A stretch of 19,257 nt of DNA, from positions 1-19,257 of the forward strand of contig CAZYCQ010000061.1 of the NCBI GenBank assembly GCA_964645535.1. The letters run 5' to 3'. Source of the DNA: an uncultured archaeon. GTDB lineage: Archaea; Asgardarchaeota; Heimdallarchaeia; Heimdallarchaeales; Kariarchaeaceae. The notes beneath the pieces are model-generated. The model saw nothing but the letters and a program-made list of their open reading frames with translations. It did not search any database and was not told where the DNA came from. Numbering within the stretch: position 1 is the stretch's first letter; the number at the start of each line of letters is the position of its first letter. The translations under genes were made by a program, and so were the position numbers. Below are positions 9,828 to 17,692 of the stretch, one piece after another.

Positions 9828-12800
9828 CTACCATTCGAGCTTGTTCAGCTTCTTGACCAAGACAAAAGTGTCTCGGTTCACGCCTACCGGACCCCAATAA
9901 TTGAAGCCGTAGGTCCATTGTGCATAACCTCCTGCCAAAAGGAGAGGATTCAGCTTGACCCGTGTCAGACTGTTGTGTCCACCACCTCTTTTTCCACGTT
10001 CTTCAGATTTGGGAACAGAAACCGTTCTTTCAGGAGAGTGATAGATCCAGCAGGTTCCTCTCGGAATTCTGGAACTTACAATAATCCTGGTCACTACCAC
10101 ACCATTGTCATTGATAACTTCAACCCAATCATTGTCTTCTACACCAATTTTTTTGGCATCATCTGGATGAATCCAAGCGGGATAGCAACCTCTACTCAAT
10201 TCCTGCATTCTCAGGTTATCACCATAGGTGGAATGGATGTGCCATTTGCCGTGGGGGGTGATATAGTTCAGCAGGACACTCTTTTCTGGGGAAGTATTAT
10301 CTACATCACCAGTGGCCTTAGGTACCAATTTTGGCTTGAACGTGGGGAATTGTTCACCAAAATCGACATAGAGAGGATGATCAAGATAAAGATGCTGTCG
10401 ACCACTTAAAGTACGCCATGGGACATATTTCTCAACATTTTGGGCATAACCTGTATAAGCCCTTCCATTATTGACAATTCCAGACCAGAAAGGTGAAGTC
10501 AGTATTCTCCGAGGCTGTGTTTTGAGATCTTCAAAGGTATAACGGATACTACGGGTATCATCAGCTAAATCAGACAATCCAGTCAGACCAGTTTTGGCTT
10601 CGAGAGTTTTGAAGGCCCGGTATGCCAATTCACCATTGGATTCGGGAGCGAGAGCCAAGATCAGATTTATGGCATCCAAGGCATCCTCCAATCTCGGATA
10701 ACGTTTACCACCCCATTCAATGGCTCTCATGTGTTTTGGATCTGGTGAACGAGTGGTTGGAAGACTGGCCAATTCATCATAAATATCCTTGATATCAAAA
10801 CGGATACCATGAGCACCCAATCCATTTTCCCTTGCTTTTGGACCATATGAAATAAACCTGTTGTAAAGATCGACATAATTCCTTTCAGTAATCGCAAGAT
10901 GGAAACCAGTCTTCCCGGGAATATAATCAATGTCATCATATTTCCAATCTTGGAAGGTGGGTTGTGACAATTCATCTGGGCTATCATGAGCCAATGGTTT
11001 GGTCACGATATCCTTGACCGGTTCAGGCAGATATTCTTTTGCCAGTTCACTCACTTTCTTGGCAAAGCTCTTGAAAATATCCCAATCAGATCTGGCTTCC
11101 CAAGCAGGAGGTGTGGCCATCCCCAATGGATGAACAAATGAATGCATATCTGTGGTGTTGAGATCATTCTTTTCATACCACATTGCAGTTGGAAGCACAA
11201 TATCGGAATAGAGAGCGGAAGTATCCATTCTGAAGTTAATGTCAACAACCAAATCCATCTTGCCCCTTGGGGCTGGCTCCCTGAATTCAACATCCTTAAG
11301 GTGATCCTTGGCTTCTTCATCCTTGATGGAATTATCATGAGTGCCCAAATAATGCCTCAAGAAATATTCATGTCCCTTGGCACTGGACATCAATGCATTG
11401 CCTCTCCAGATGAAAAAGACCCTTGGCCAATTCTCAGGAGCATCTGGATCCTCAACAGAAAGTTTGAGCTCTCCAGAATTAATCTTTTCAGCCACATATT
11501 TCTTGATTCCATCGTCATCGGTATATCCAGCTGCCTTTGCTTCTTCAATAATCTTCAATGGGCTTTTGTTGAACTGGGGATAGAATGGCATCCATCCATT
11601 TCTTACAGCACGTGCAATGTGATCTGCAACATTTCCCTTTCCATATTTTGTTCCATTGGGGAGAGAGGCATATTCACTGAAGTCCCCTTCATATCTGAAC
11701 TGATCAGAGTGAATATAATGCCAAGTTGGAGTTTGTTGAACCCTTGGAGGTCCGACCCAGTCAGTGGCCATTGCTACAGATAGCCAAGAGGTCATCAGGG
11801 TAAGTTTTTCCTGTCCCACATAATGGTTCAGACCACCACCATTCTTTCCAACACAACCAGTCAGAATCAAGGCAGTTATGGGACCACGGTACATGAGAGA
11901 ATTGTAGTACCAGTGGTTGACACCAGCACCGGTAATGACCATTGATCTACCTTCAGTGTTTTCAGCATTTGTGGCAAATTCTCTGGCAAGTTTGATGACA
12001 GTGTCCCGTCCAATTCCAGTAAATTTCTCTTGCCAAGCCGGAGTGTATGGAGAGGTTTCATCATCGTAATCTGCGGGATACTCGCCGTTCAATCCCCTAG
12101 ACAAGCCGAAATGACCAAAAAGAAGATCCAAGGAAGTAGCGACATAGACAGGACCATCAGGAGTTTCCAATTTTTTGGCAGGGATTCCTCTGATGAATTC
12201 TTTTTTCTCGCCAAATTCAGTGAATTTGACATTGATGACCTCATCATGATCTTCCAAAAGTGTCAATAATGGGTCAATTTCATTACCTTCATGATCTTTA
12301 TTCAGTAAATTCCATTTTCCTTGATCTTCTTTCGCGTGTCTAAATCCAATTGTTCCAATGGGAATTTTTACGTCCTTTGTTTTTTCATCAATTACAAGAA
12401 GTTTCCAATCTCCATTTTCAACATCCTTGTATTTCTCCAATCGATTGGCCCTCAGGAATTGACCAGGGGAATAGACATCCCCATCCTTTCTCAATTCAAC
12501 CAAGAAGGGCGTATCAGTGTATTTTTTAAGATAATCAATGAAATATGGAACTTGCCGGTCAATGTAATATTCCTTCAAAATCACATGATTGACAGCAGCC
12601 CACATTGCATGATCTGTTCCTGCATTAATTGGAATCCACCAGTCTGCAAACTTAGCAGCCATACTGAAATCAGGTGCAACGCAAACAAACTTGGTTCCAA
12701 CATATTTTGCCTCCGAAATGAAGTGCACATCCGGAGTTCGTGTCATGGAAAGATTGGAACCCATTGACACGATATATCTGGCATTGTACCAGTCTGCACT

Positions 12801-13472
12801 TTCCGCGACATCTGTCTGCTCACCCCAAGTTTCAGGGAAAGAATTGGGCAGATCACAATACCAGTCATAGAAACTTAGATTCACCCCACCCAGCAGTTGG
12901 AGGAATCTTGAACCACCTCCGTAGGAAAGGTAACTCATTGCAGGAATGGGAGAGAAGCCGAAAACACGATCTGGACCATATTTCTTGATTGTATAGATCA
13001 CAGAGGTAGCGATTATTTCCAAGGCTTCATCCCATGAGATTCTCTTGAAACCACCCTTGCCGCGAGCTTGTTGATATTGCTTGCGTTTTCTTTCATCTTC
13101 AACAATTGATGCCCAAGCTTCAATCAGGTCTTTATGTTCTCGTTTTGCATTTTTCCAGTACCTGTACAATGTATTGCGAATGTAAGGGTACTTGATTCTA
13201 AGTGGGCTGTAGACATACCATGAGGCAGAAATACCTCTTTGGCATCCACGGGGTTCATATGGGGGAAGTTTTTCTTCTAGGAGTGGATAGTCCGTCGCCT
13301 GCAATTCCCAAGTGATTATTCCGTCTTTAACAAAGACATTCCATGAACATCCACCAGTGCAATTTACACCATGAGTGGATCGGATGACTTTGTCATATTG
13401 CCACCTATTCCTGTAAAATTCTTCCCACTGTCTGTTTTTTGGATCAATTAAATCAGTTATCCAGTTTTTCAT
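9828..13472 (-). CDS. narG: Respiratory nitrate reductase alpha subunit (Mo-bisPGD), no Tat leader
   Basis: 1214 aa. FS0 motif [12 protein letters not shown]...PRGCQRG, Mo-ligand region [56 protein letters not shown]-x-G-x-NRD. GAGGTGA upstream. Confidence 0.98.
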   Translation of the reverse strand: MKNWITDLIDPKNRQWEEFYRNRWQYDKVIRSTHGVNCTGGCSWNVFVKDGIITWELQATDYPLLEEKLPPYEPRGCQRGISASWYVYSPLRIKYPYIRNTLYRYWKNAKREHKDLIEAWASIVEDERKRKQYQQARGKGGFKRISWDEALEIIATSVIYTIKKYGPDRVFGFSPIPAMSYLSYGGGSRFLQLLGGVNLSFYDWYCDLPNSFPETWGEQTDVAESADWYNARYIVSMGSNLSMTRTPDVHFISEAKYVGTKFVCVAPDFSMAAKFADWWIPINAGTDHAMWAAVNHVILKEYYIDRQVPYFIDYLKKYTDTPFLVELRKDGDVYSPGQFLRANRLEKYKDVENGDWKLLVIDEKTKDVKIPIGTIGFRHAKEDQGKWNLLNKDHEGNEIDPLLTLLEDHDEVINVKFTEFGEKKEFIRGIPAKKLETPDGPVYVATSLDLLFGHFGLSRGLNGEYPADYDDETSPYTPAWQEKFTGIGRDTVIKLAREFATNAENTEGRSMVITGAGVNHWYYNSLMYRGPITALILTGCVGKNGGGLNHYVGQEKLTLMTSWLSVAMATDWVGPPRVQQTPTWHYIHSDQFRYEGDFSEYASLPNGTKYGKGNVADHIARAVRNGWMPFYPQFNKSPLKIIEEAKAAGYTDDDGIKKYVAEKINSGELKLSVEDPDAPENWPRVFFIWRGNALMSSAKGHEYFLRHYLGTHDNSIKDEEAKDHLKDVEFREPAPRGKMDLVVDINFRMDTSALYSDIVLPTAMWYEKNDLNTTDMHSFVHPLGMATPPAWEARSDWDIFKSFAKKVSELAKEYLPEPVKDIVTKPLAHDSPDELSQPTFQDWKYDDIDYIPGKTGFHLAITERNYVDLYNRFISYGPKARENGLGAHGIRFDIKDIYDELASLPTTRSPDPKHMRAIEWGGKRYPRLEDALDAINLILALAPESNGELAYRAFKTLEAKTGLTGLSDLADDTRSIRYTFEDLKTQPRRILTSPFWSGIVNNGRAYTGYAQNVEKYVPWRTLSGRQHLYLDHPLYVDFGEQFPTFKPKLVPKATGDVDNTSPEKSVLLNYITPHGKWHIHSTYGDNLRMQELSRGCYPAWIHPDDAKKIGVEDNDWVEVINDNGVVVTRIIVSSRIPRGTCWIYHSPERTVSVPKSEERGKRGGGHNSLTRVKLNPLLLAGGYAQWTYGFNYWGPVGVNRDTFVLVKKLNKLEW

Positions 13473-13481
13473 GATTTCACC

Positions 13482-14240
13482 TCAGTAAAACTTACCATTC
13501 CTCCAGATGAAAATACCAAGGAGGGTCAAAAATCCCCAAAACAAAATAGGGGACAGATAATCGGTTTCTCCGTTTCCACCCGTTGATCCTCCCAATGCAA
13601 CCGTAGCTTGAGCAGGTGTTTCACCTTGACTCGCAATCTCAACAGTGAATAAATCAGAGTGCCATGTATGATATGTAAGAGTATCACTGCTTTCATGGGC
13701 TGCAAAAAAGAAACCATAGGTTCCTCCCACTTTCCAATTGTGATCTTGACCTTCGGTGTCATCAGAGGTCAAGGGAATAACCATCTCAATGGTTGTTTGG
13801 CCATTTTCTTCCTTACCAGCAGCATCAATAGGAAATTGGTTCGTATCTTGCGTCGGAGGTACATTTCCTGTGGCGTGGTAATCACCAACAGTAACCGTTG
13901 AACCTTCAACTGATGCAATAACCATATCTGAACCTGCCATTCCCTTTCCAGGTTCGTTCATTCCGAAACCGACCCAACCCGTTAATTTCCCCACAATACC
14001 CATGGCAAGGTGGGTTCCATTATGGCTCCAAGAAACAGTAATAAAGACATTCTGTTTATCCAGATGATCAGGGACATCAAATGTTGTTGAATACTCGCCT
14101 TCGTTGATCGTTCCATCCAAATTCAATGAACTAAAATTGTTATAGTATAGTTTTGTATCTGCTGCATTCACCGAGAATGGGACTAGAAATAGCATCATCC
14201 CGATTATGAATGCCCATAAGGTACGAATTGGCACAACCAT
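13482..14240 (-). CDS. Secreted, C-terminally anchored DOMON-domain protein (DOMON-B), first gene of the nar operon, putative heme-b binding
   Basis: Signal peptide ending VNA-A, LDG-x4-GEY, GWVGFG-x6-GMAGSDMV, DYHA, YHTWH, Gly-rich linker and C-terminal TM helix. Stop codon lies 9 bp before the narG ATG. Clear paralog of 4676..5410. Confidence 0.82.
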   Translation of the reverse strand: MVVPIRTLWAFIIGMMLFLVPFSVNAADTKLYYNNFSSLNLDGTINEGEYSTTFDVPDHLDKQNVFITVSWSHNGTHLAMGIVGKLTGWVGFGMNEPGKGMAGSDMVIASVEGSTVTVGDYHATGNVPPTQDTNQFPIDAAGKEENGQTTIEMVIPLTSDDTEGQDHNWKVGGTYGFFFAAHESSDTLTYHTWHSDLFTVEIASQGETPAQATVALGGSTGGNGETDYLSPILFWGFLTLLGIFIWRNGKFY

Positions 14241-14254
14241 GATTTTGGAAAGTT

Positions 14255-14278
14255 GCGATACTTATTAAAGTATATCGC
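14255..14278 (-). promoter_or_regulatory. Putative nar-operon promoter: TATA-like box inside an inverted repeat
   Basis: GCGATA (14255-14260) N12 TATCGC (14273-14278) encloses TTTAATAA on the minus strand (14269-14262), 22-29 bp upstream of ATG 14240. Confidence 0.5.
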
Positions 14279-14621
14279 CCCTATTTGGAAAATTGCTTTA
14301 AAAATTCAAGTATTTTTAGATCTAGACCATAAGATGTGCACAATATTTGGACAAAGCGTATGGAAAAAATAAGCGGAAAGAATTCCCAAGATGTTTCGAT
14401 TTGCAAAGACCATTATCGCACTTGGAGGAAAAGATAATTAGAAATGAAACGGGAAAAGTCAAGGATTCTGCCTAGCAATTTTCTAAAAAAGGCATCTATG
14501 TTGGAATGAAACTTCAATTGAAGTCGATTTGCATTGGAAGGGATAGTTTCACTCAATTATATTTGAGTTCTTCTTCGGAGTAAAAGGAACTGCTTATTAG
14601 GAAGAGATAAGTAGATACCTC

Positions 14622-15440
14622 ATGCCAGAAGGTCCAGAAGTTGAAGTGGTAAGAAGAGGACTTCTTAGGGCAAAAGGAAAAAAAATTGTTGAAGCACGTT
14701 TCTCAGATCATCCAAAATATCGTTATCTGCAATCTGAGAATTTTATAGGAACATCAATCCAAGATATTGAACGATTTGGTAAATTTCTGGTTTGGAGATT
14801 TGAAAACGGCTTAAAAGTCCTTAACCATCTCGGGATGACTGGGATTTGGAGATTATTGGCAGGGAATTTGAAGGATCACAATCTGAGCCATCAAAAAGTC
14901 ATTTTCCAACTTGAAGGTAAGGAATGGCTGGTGTTTGAGGATACTAGAATTTTTGGAAAATTCGAAATAATCAACGAACTGCCATCAAGTATCAAAGCAT
15001 TGGGACCGGATATCCTCAAAGAAAATTTCGATTTGCCAGAATTCATCAGGAGGGTCAGGGGGAAGGGGAAAAAACCAAGAAGGCAAGAGATTGGAAAACT
15101 TCTTTTGGATCAAACAGTGGTAGCGGGATGTGGGAACATCTATAAATCAGAATCCCTTTTTCAGGCAGGAATCAGTCCTTTCAGGGAAGCAAATCAGCTA
15201 AAGGATGAAGAACTCAAGGTTTTGGCAGAAAGTTTGATTGAAGTTGCAAATAGAGCACTCAGCTCAGGAGGATCGACACTAAGAGATTTTAGTTCAGTTG
15301 AGGGGTATGCAGGTCTCATGCAAAATGAATTCCTTGTTTATGGACAAGAAGGAAAACCGTGTCACAGATGTAGCACGCGGATAGAAAAGAAAAAACAGGG
15401 GGGAAGAAGTACATTTTATTGCCCGAATTGTCAATTTTAA
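14622..15440 (+). CDS. mutM: Fpg/Nei-family DNA glycosylase/AP lyase (MutM-like)
   Basis: N-terminal catalytic PE (MPEGPEV), RFGKFL, HLGMTG, DTRIFG, LGPD, H2TH LLDQ-x2-VAGCGNIY, GGSTLRDF loop and a C-x2-C-x16-C-x2-C zinc finger. Confidence 0.9.
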   Translation: MPEGPEVEVVRRGLLRAKGKKIVEARFSDHPKYRYLQSENFIGTSIQDIERFGKFLVWRFENGLKVLNHLGMTGIWRLLAGNLKDHNLSHQKVIFQLEGKEWLVFEDTRIFGKFEIINELPSSIKALGPDILKENFDLPEFIRRVRGKGKKPRRQEIGKLLLDQTVVAGCGNIYKSESLFQAGISPFREANQLKDEELKVLAESLIEVANRALSSGGSTLRDFSSVEGYAGLMQNEFLVYGQEGKPCHRCSTRIEKKKQGGRSTFYCPNCQF

Positions 15441-15444
15441 TTGC

Positions 15445-16188
15445 CTAGTTTCGTCTTCTCCCCGAATGCTTTTTGCTTCGCATCATCATGATAATCATCA
15501 TTCCACCTAAAAAGGGAAGTGACTGCAGCTGTGCAGAACTGGAGGAAATGGAGGCATCACCCCCCCTCAGGACAATAATCCAGCTCAAATGGTAATCGAC
15601 AAAATTTACAGTTCCATTTCCTTCTCCTTCAAAATAGACCACAAAAAGGGCTTTATCAGAATTGTCTACAGGACGAGGTTCGCCTTTCTGGTTAAATCCA
15701 GTTTCATAAAATGGTGTGAAAAACAGTCCATCGATTGTTTCAGTCGAAATTAATTCAATGACGTCAACCATCTCATGTTGATCATTTTTGTACCTGCTTG
15801 CATGCCGATATGTCCGTGAAATGTTGTCTGGCTCCATAACGGATCTATCAGCGGATTCCCACTGTTTTGTGTAGGAAGAAAAATTCGGAGACAAAGGAGG
15901 TGCCTGTTGTTCTATCTGAAACAAAGCGAACGTGAATTTGCCTTGTCCATCAGTTCCATTGATGTGGAACAACAGCTCAAATTCACTTCCGGATGGAACG
16001 ATCATCTGATAGGGGTTTCCTGATTGAACAGAAATTGGATCCATAGGGATTGTATCAGGCCATCCATAATACGGGTTTTCCGGATCATTGATAGGATTGA
16101 CTTTTACAACCGGATCATGAGGAAAAGCCGCTACAGGGACTAGAAGAAAAATCAACGAAAAAATTAAACCAAATTTTTTGTTCTTCAT
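15445..16188 (-). CDS. Hypothetical secreted/surface protein with C-terminal hydrophobic segment and basic tail
   Basis: MKNKK plus a hydrophobic signal peptide. Ser-rich linker, LPFLGGMMIIMMM and RSKKHSGRRRN at the C-terminus. ATG 16188 lies 4 bp after the S8 stop; the track start 16218 overlaps the S8 gene. Confidence 0.7.
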   Translation of the reverse strand: MKNKKFGLIFSLIFLLVPVAAFPHDPVVKVNPINDPENPYYGWPDTIPMDPISVQSGNPYQMIVPSGSEFELLFHINGTDGQGKFTFALFQIEQQAPPLSPNFSSYTKQWESADRSVMEPDNISRTYRHASRYKNDQHEMVDVIELISTETIDGLFFTPFYETGFNQKGEPRPVDNSDKALFVVYFEGEGNGTVNFVDYHLSWIIVLRGGDASISSSSAQLQSLPFLGGMMIIMMMRSKKHSGRRRN

Positions 16189-16192
16189 GATA

Positions 16193-17524
16193 TCACAACC
16201 AATTACCGTTACCTCCACTAGAGAGAGGGTGAATAAAATTTAATCCTTCAGAATAGGCAATATCGAACAGGCGACCTAAATTTATAAATCCTACACCAAG
16301 AAATTGATCAGGATTATTTGGTTGAGAAGAAGCCCGTTCAAGCATTCTGACAAGTAAATTAAGTGAAGGGCTTTCATACCATCCAAATGTTTTATAATGG
16401 CCAAGATTAAATGCATAGATTGCAACTAATGCAGCAGCAGCAAGCATCGGAGCTGCAATACTTGTTCCGCCGATTACAGCGGGGTAGACTCTTCCTTGAA
16501 AATAATAACTCATTAGAGTTATAAAATGTGCAGGCATAGCAAACCTTACTGGTCGGGAAGTGCTTCCCCATGAAGAACATATTATGCGGGCATTTTTCCA
16601 ATCATGGCAATTTGAAATACCATATTCAGAACGTCCACTTAATGATCCTGTACTTGAATAATAGTTTTCGTAGAAAAGATAAGTTCCACCAATTGTCCTC
16701 CATTCGCCCCGATTCTCATGATCAATGGATGAAACAGGGAAGAATTCAGGATAAGAATTGGGAATGCCTCTACTTTCATCTCGGCCTTGATTGCCGATTG
16801 CAGTTACCATAAATATTCCTTTGGAATAAAGACGTTTCACATGTGAATTATAGAAATTTTGTGCACTACTAGGCCATTCAATCGCTGTGACAATTACACC
16901 CACATTTAAACTGTCAATATTTGCTAGTAGAAAATCCCAAAATTTCCCATTTCCAAGCGACAAACCATAATCCGTATCAAAGGTCTTTATATCAACAATT
17001 ATAACTTTTGCTCCTCTTGCAATACTAGCAAGAGCAGAAAGTACCCAAAATGTGTGATCAAAGGTATGTTCTTTATATGCAGTATTATATCCCAACTTCT
17101 TTTCAATATTTGAAAGATAATCAAATGTTTCAGAACCTTGATAGCCATAGGTAACTACTTTTCTATTCGCAACATCCCAGGTCCAATAGGACAAAATATC
17201 TACATAGTAATTATTATCACCACCTATTTGGAGTGATGCCCATTGATCAACGGGTATCCCTTGATCAATCACCATTATAGTCTTTTTGTAGTCACCATCG
17301 TTTGGCACATGATTAAGCCAAGGACTGCAATTAATAAATGATAGGTGAGATGCAGTGCAATCATATACTTTCTCAAGAGGTTCGGGGGATGGAAGAGCTC
17401 CTTCCTTTGCATTACTAGTGCGCAAAACAATTGGTTTATCATCAACTAGATGAGGAAGACCAATCAAATTGCTTGAAAGCACAATACTGACCAACATAAT
17501 TGATTGTAATTTCAGAGTTAGCAT
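16193..17524 (-). CDS. Divergent S8 (subtilisin-like) serine peptidase, probably secreted
   Basis: Catalytic elements in subtilase order: IMVIDQG (Asp), DHTFWV (His), AIGNQG (oxyanion Asn), GGTSIAAP (Ser), and a C-terminal GVGFIN. Hydrophobic N-terminus. Confidence 0.78.
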   Translation of the reverse strand: MLTLKLQSIMLVSIVLSSNLIGLPHLVDDKPIVLRTSNAKEGALPSPEPLEKVYDCTASHLSFINCSPWLNHVPNDGDYKKTIMVIDQGIPVDQWASLQIGGDNNYYVDILSYWTWDVANRKVVTYGYQGSETFDYLSNIEKKLGYNTAYKEHTFDHTFWVLSALASIARGAKVIIVDIKTFDTDYGLSLGNGKFWDFLLANIDSLNVGVIVTAIEWPSSAQNFYNSHVKRLYSKGIFMVTAIGNQGRDESRGIPNSYPEFFPVSSIDHENRGEWRTIGGTYLFYENYYSSTGSLSGRSEYGISNCHDWKNARIICSSWGSTSRPVRFAMPAHFITLMSYYFQGRVYPAVIGGTSIAAPMLAAAALVAIYAFNLGHYKTFGWYESPSLNLLVRMLERASSQPNNPDQFLGVGFINLGRLFDIAYSEGLNFIHPLSSGGNGNWL

Positions 17525-17532
17525 GTATTTGT

Positions 17533-17549
17533 AAAAAAAAAAAAAAAAA
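17533..17549. repeat. A17 homopolymer (T17 on the minus strand) within a very A-rich intergenic tract
   Basis: Counted directly: 17 consecutive A at 17533-17549, with further A runs up to about 17590. Confidence 0.9.
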
Positions 17550-17692
17550 TTATAAAAAGATATTGATGAAAAAAATTAAAAAAAGAAAAATATTTTTTTG
17601 CATGATTTACATAAAAACTTCAATAAATCTTCAACAAGTAAATTTTACGAATGGGACGAATAGGGTAATTTAACCATTATCCTTGGGATGCT

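Noticed and set aside
9828-13472. Nitrite oxidoreductase or perchlorate/selenate reductase identity for the Mo enzyme
   Set aside because: No Tat leader, and the canonical narG-H-J-I order with NarI and NarK favours respiratory Nar. Only phylogeny could fully exclude a cytoplasmic Nxr.
4676-14240. nar cluster as a composite transposon bounded by the DOMON repeats
   Set aside because: No transposase, integrase, terminal inverted repeats or target-site duplication seen; the flanks are diverged protein-coding paralogs.
14280-14621. Possible small ORF, ncRNA or FNR/NarL site in the nar-mutM intergenic region
   Set aside because: Only short ORFs (up to about 42 codons), no convincing hairpin and no canonical FNR box seen.
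16407-16601. Cys-rich 64-aa minus-strand ORF (CYAC...CCCISCNLC)
   Set aside because: Out-of-frame reading of the Ala-rich helix after the S8 catalytic Ser; GCT repeats read as TGC.
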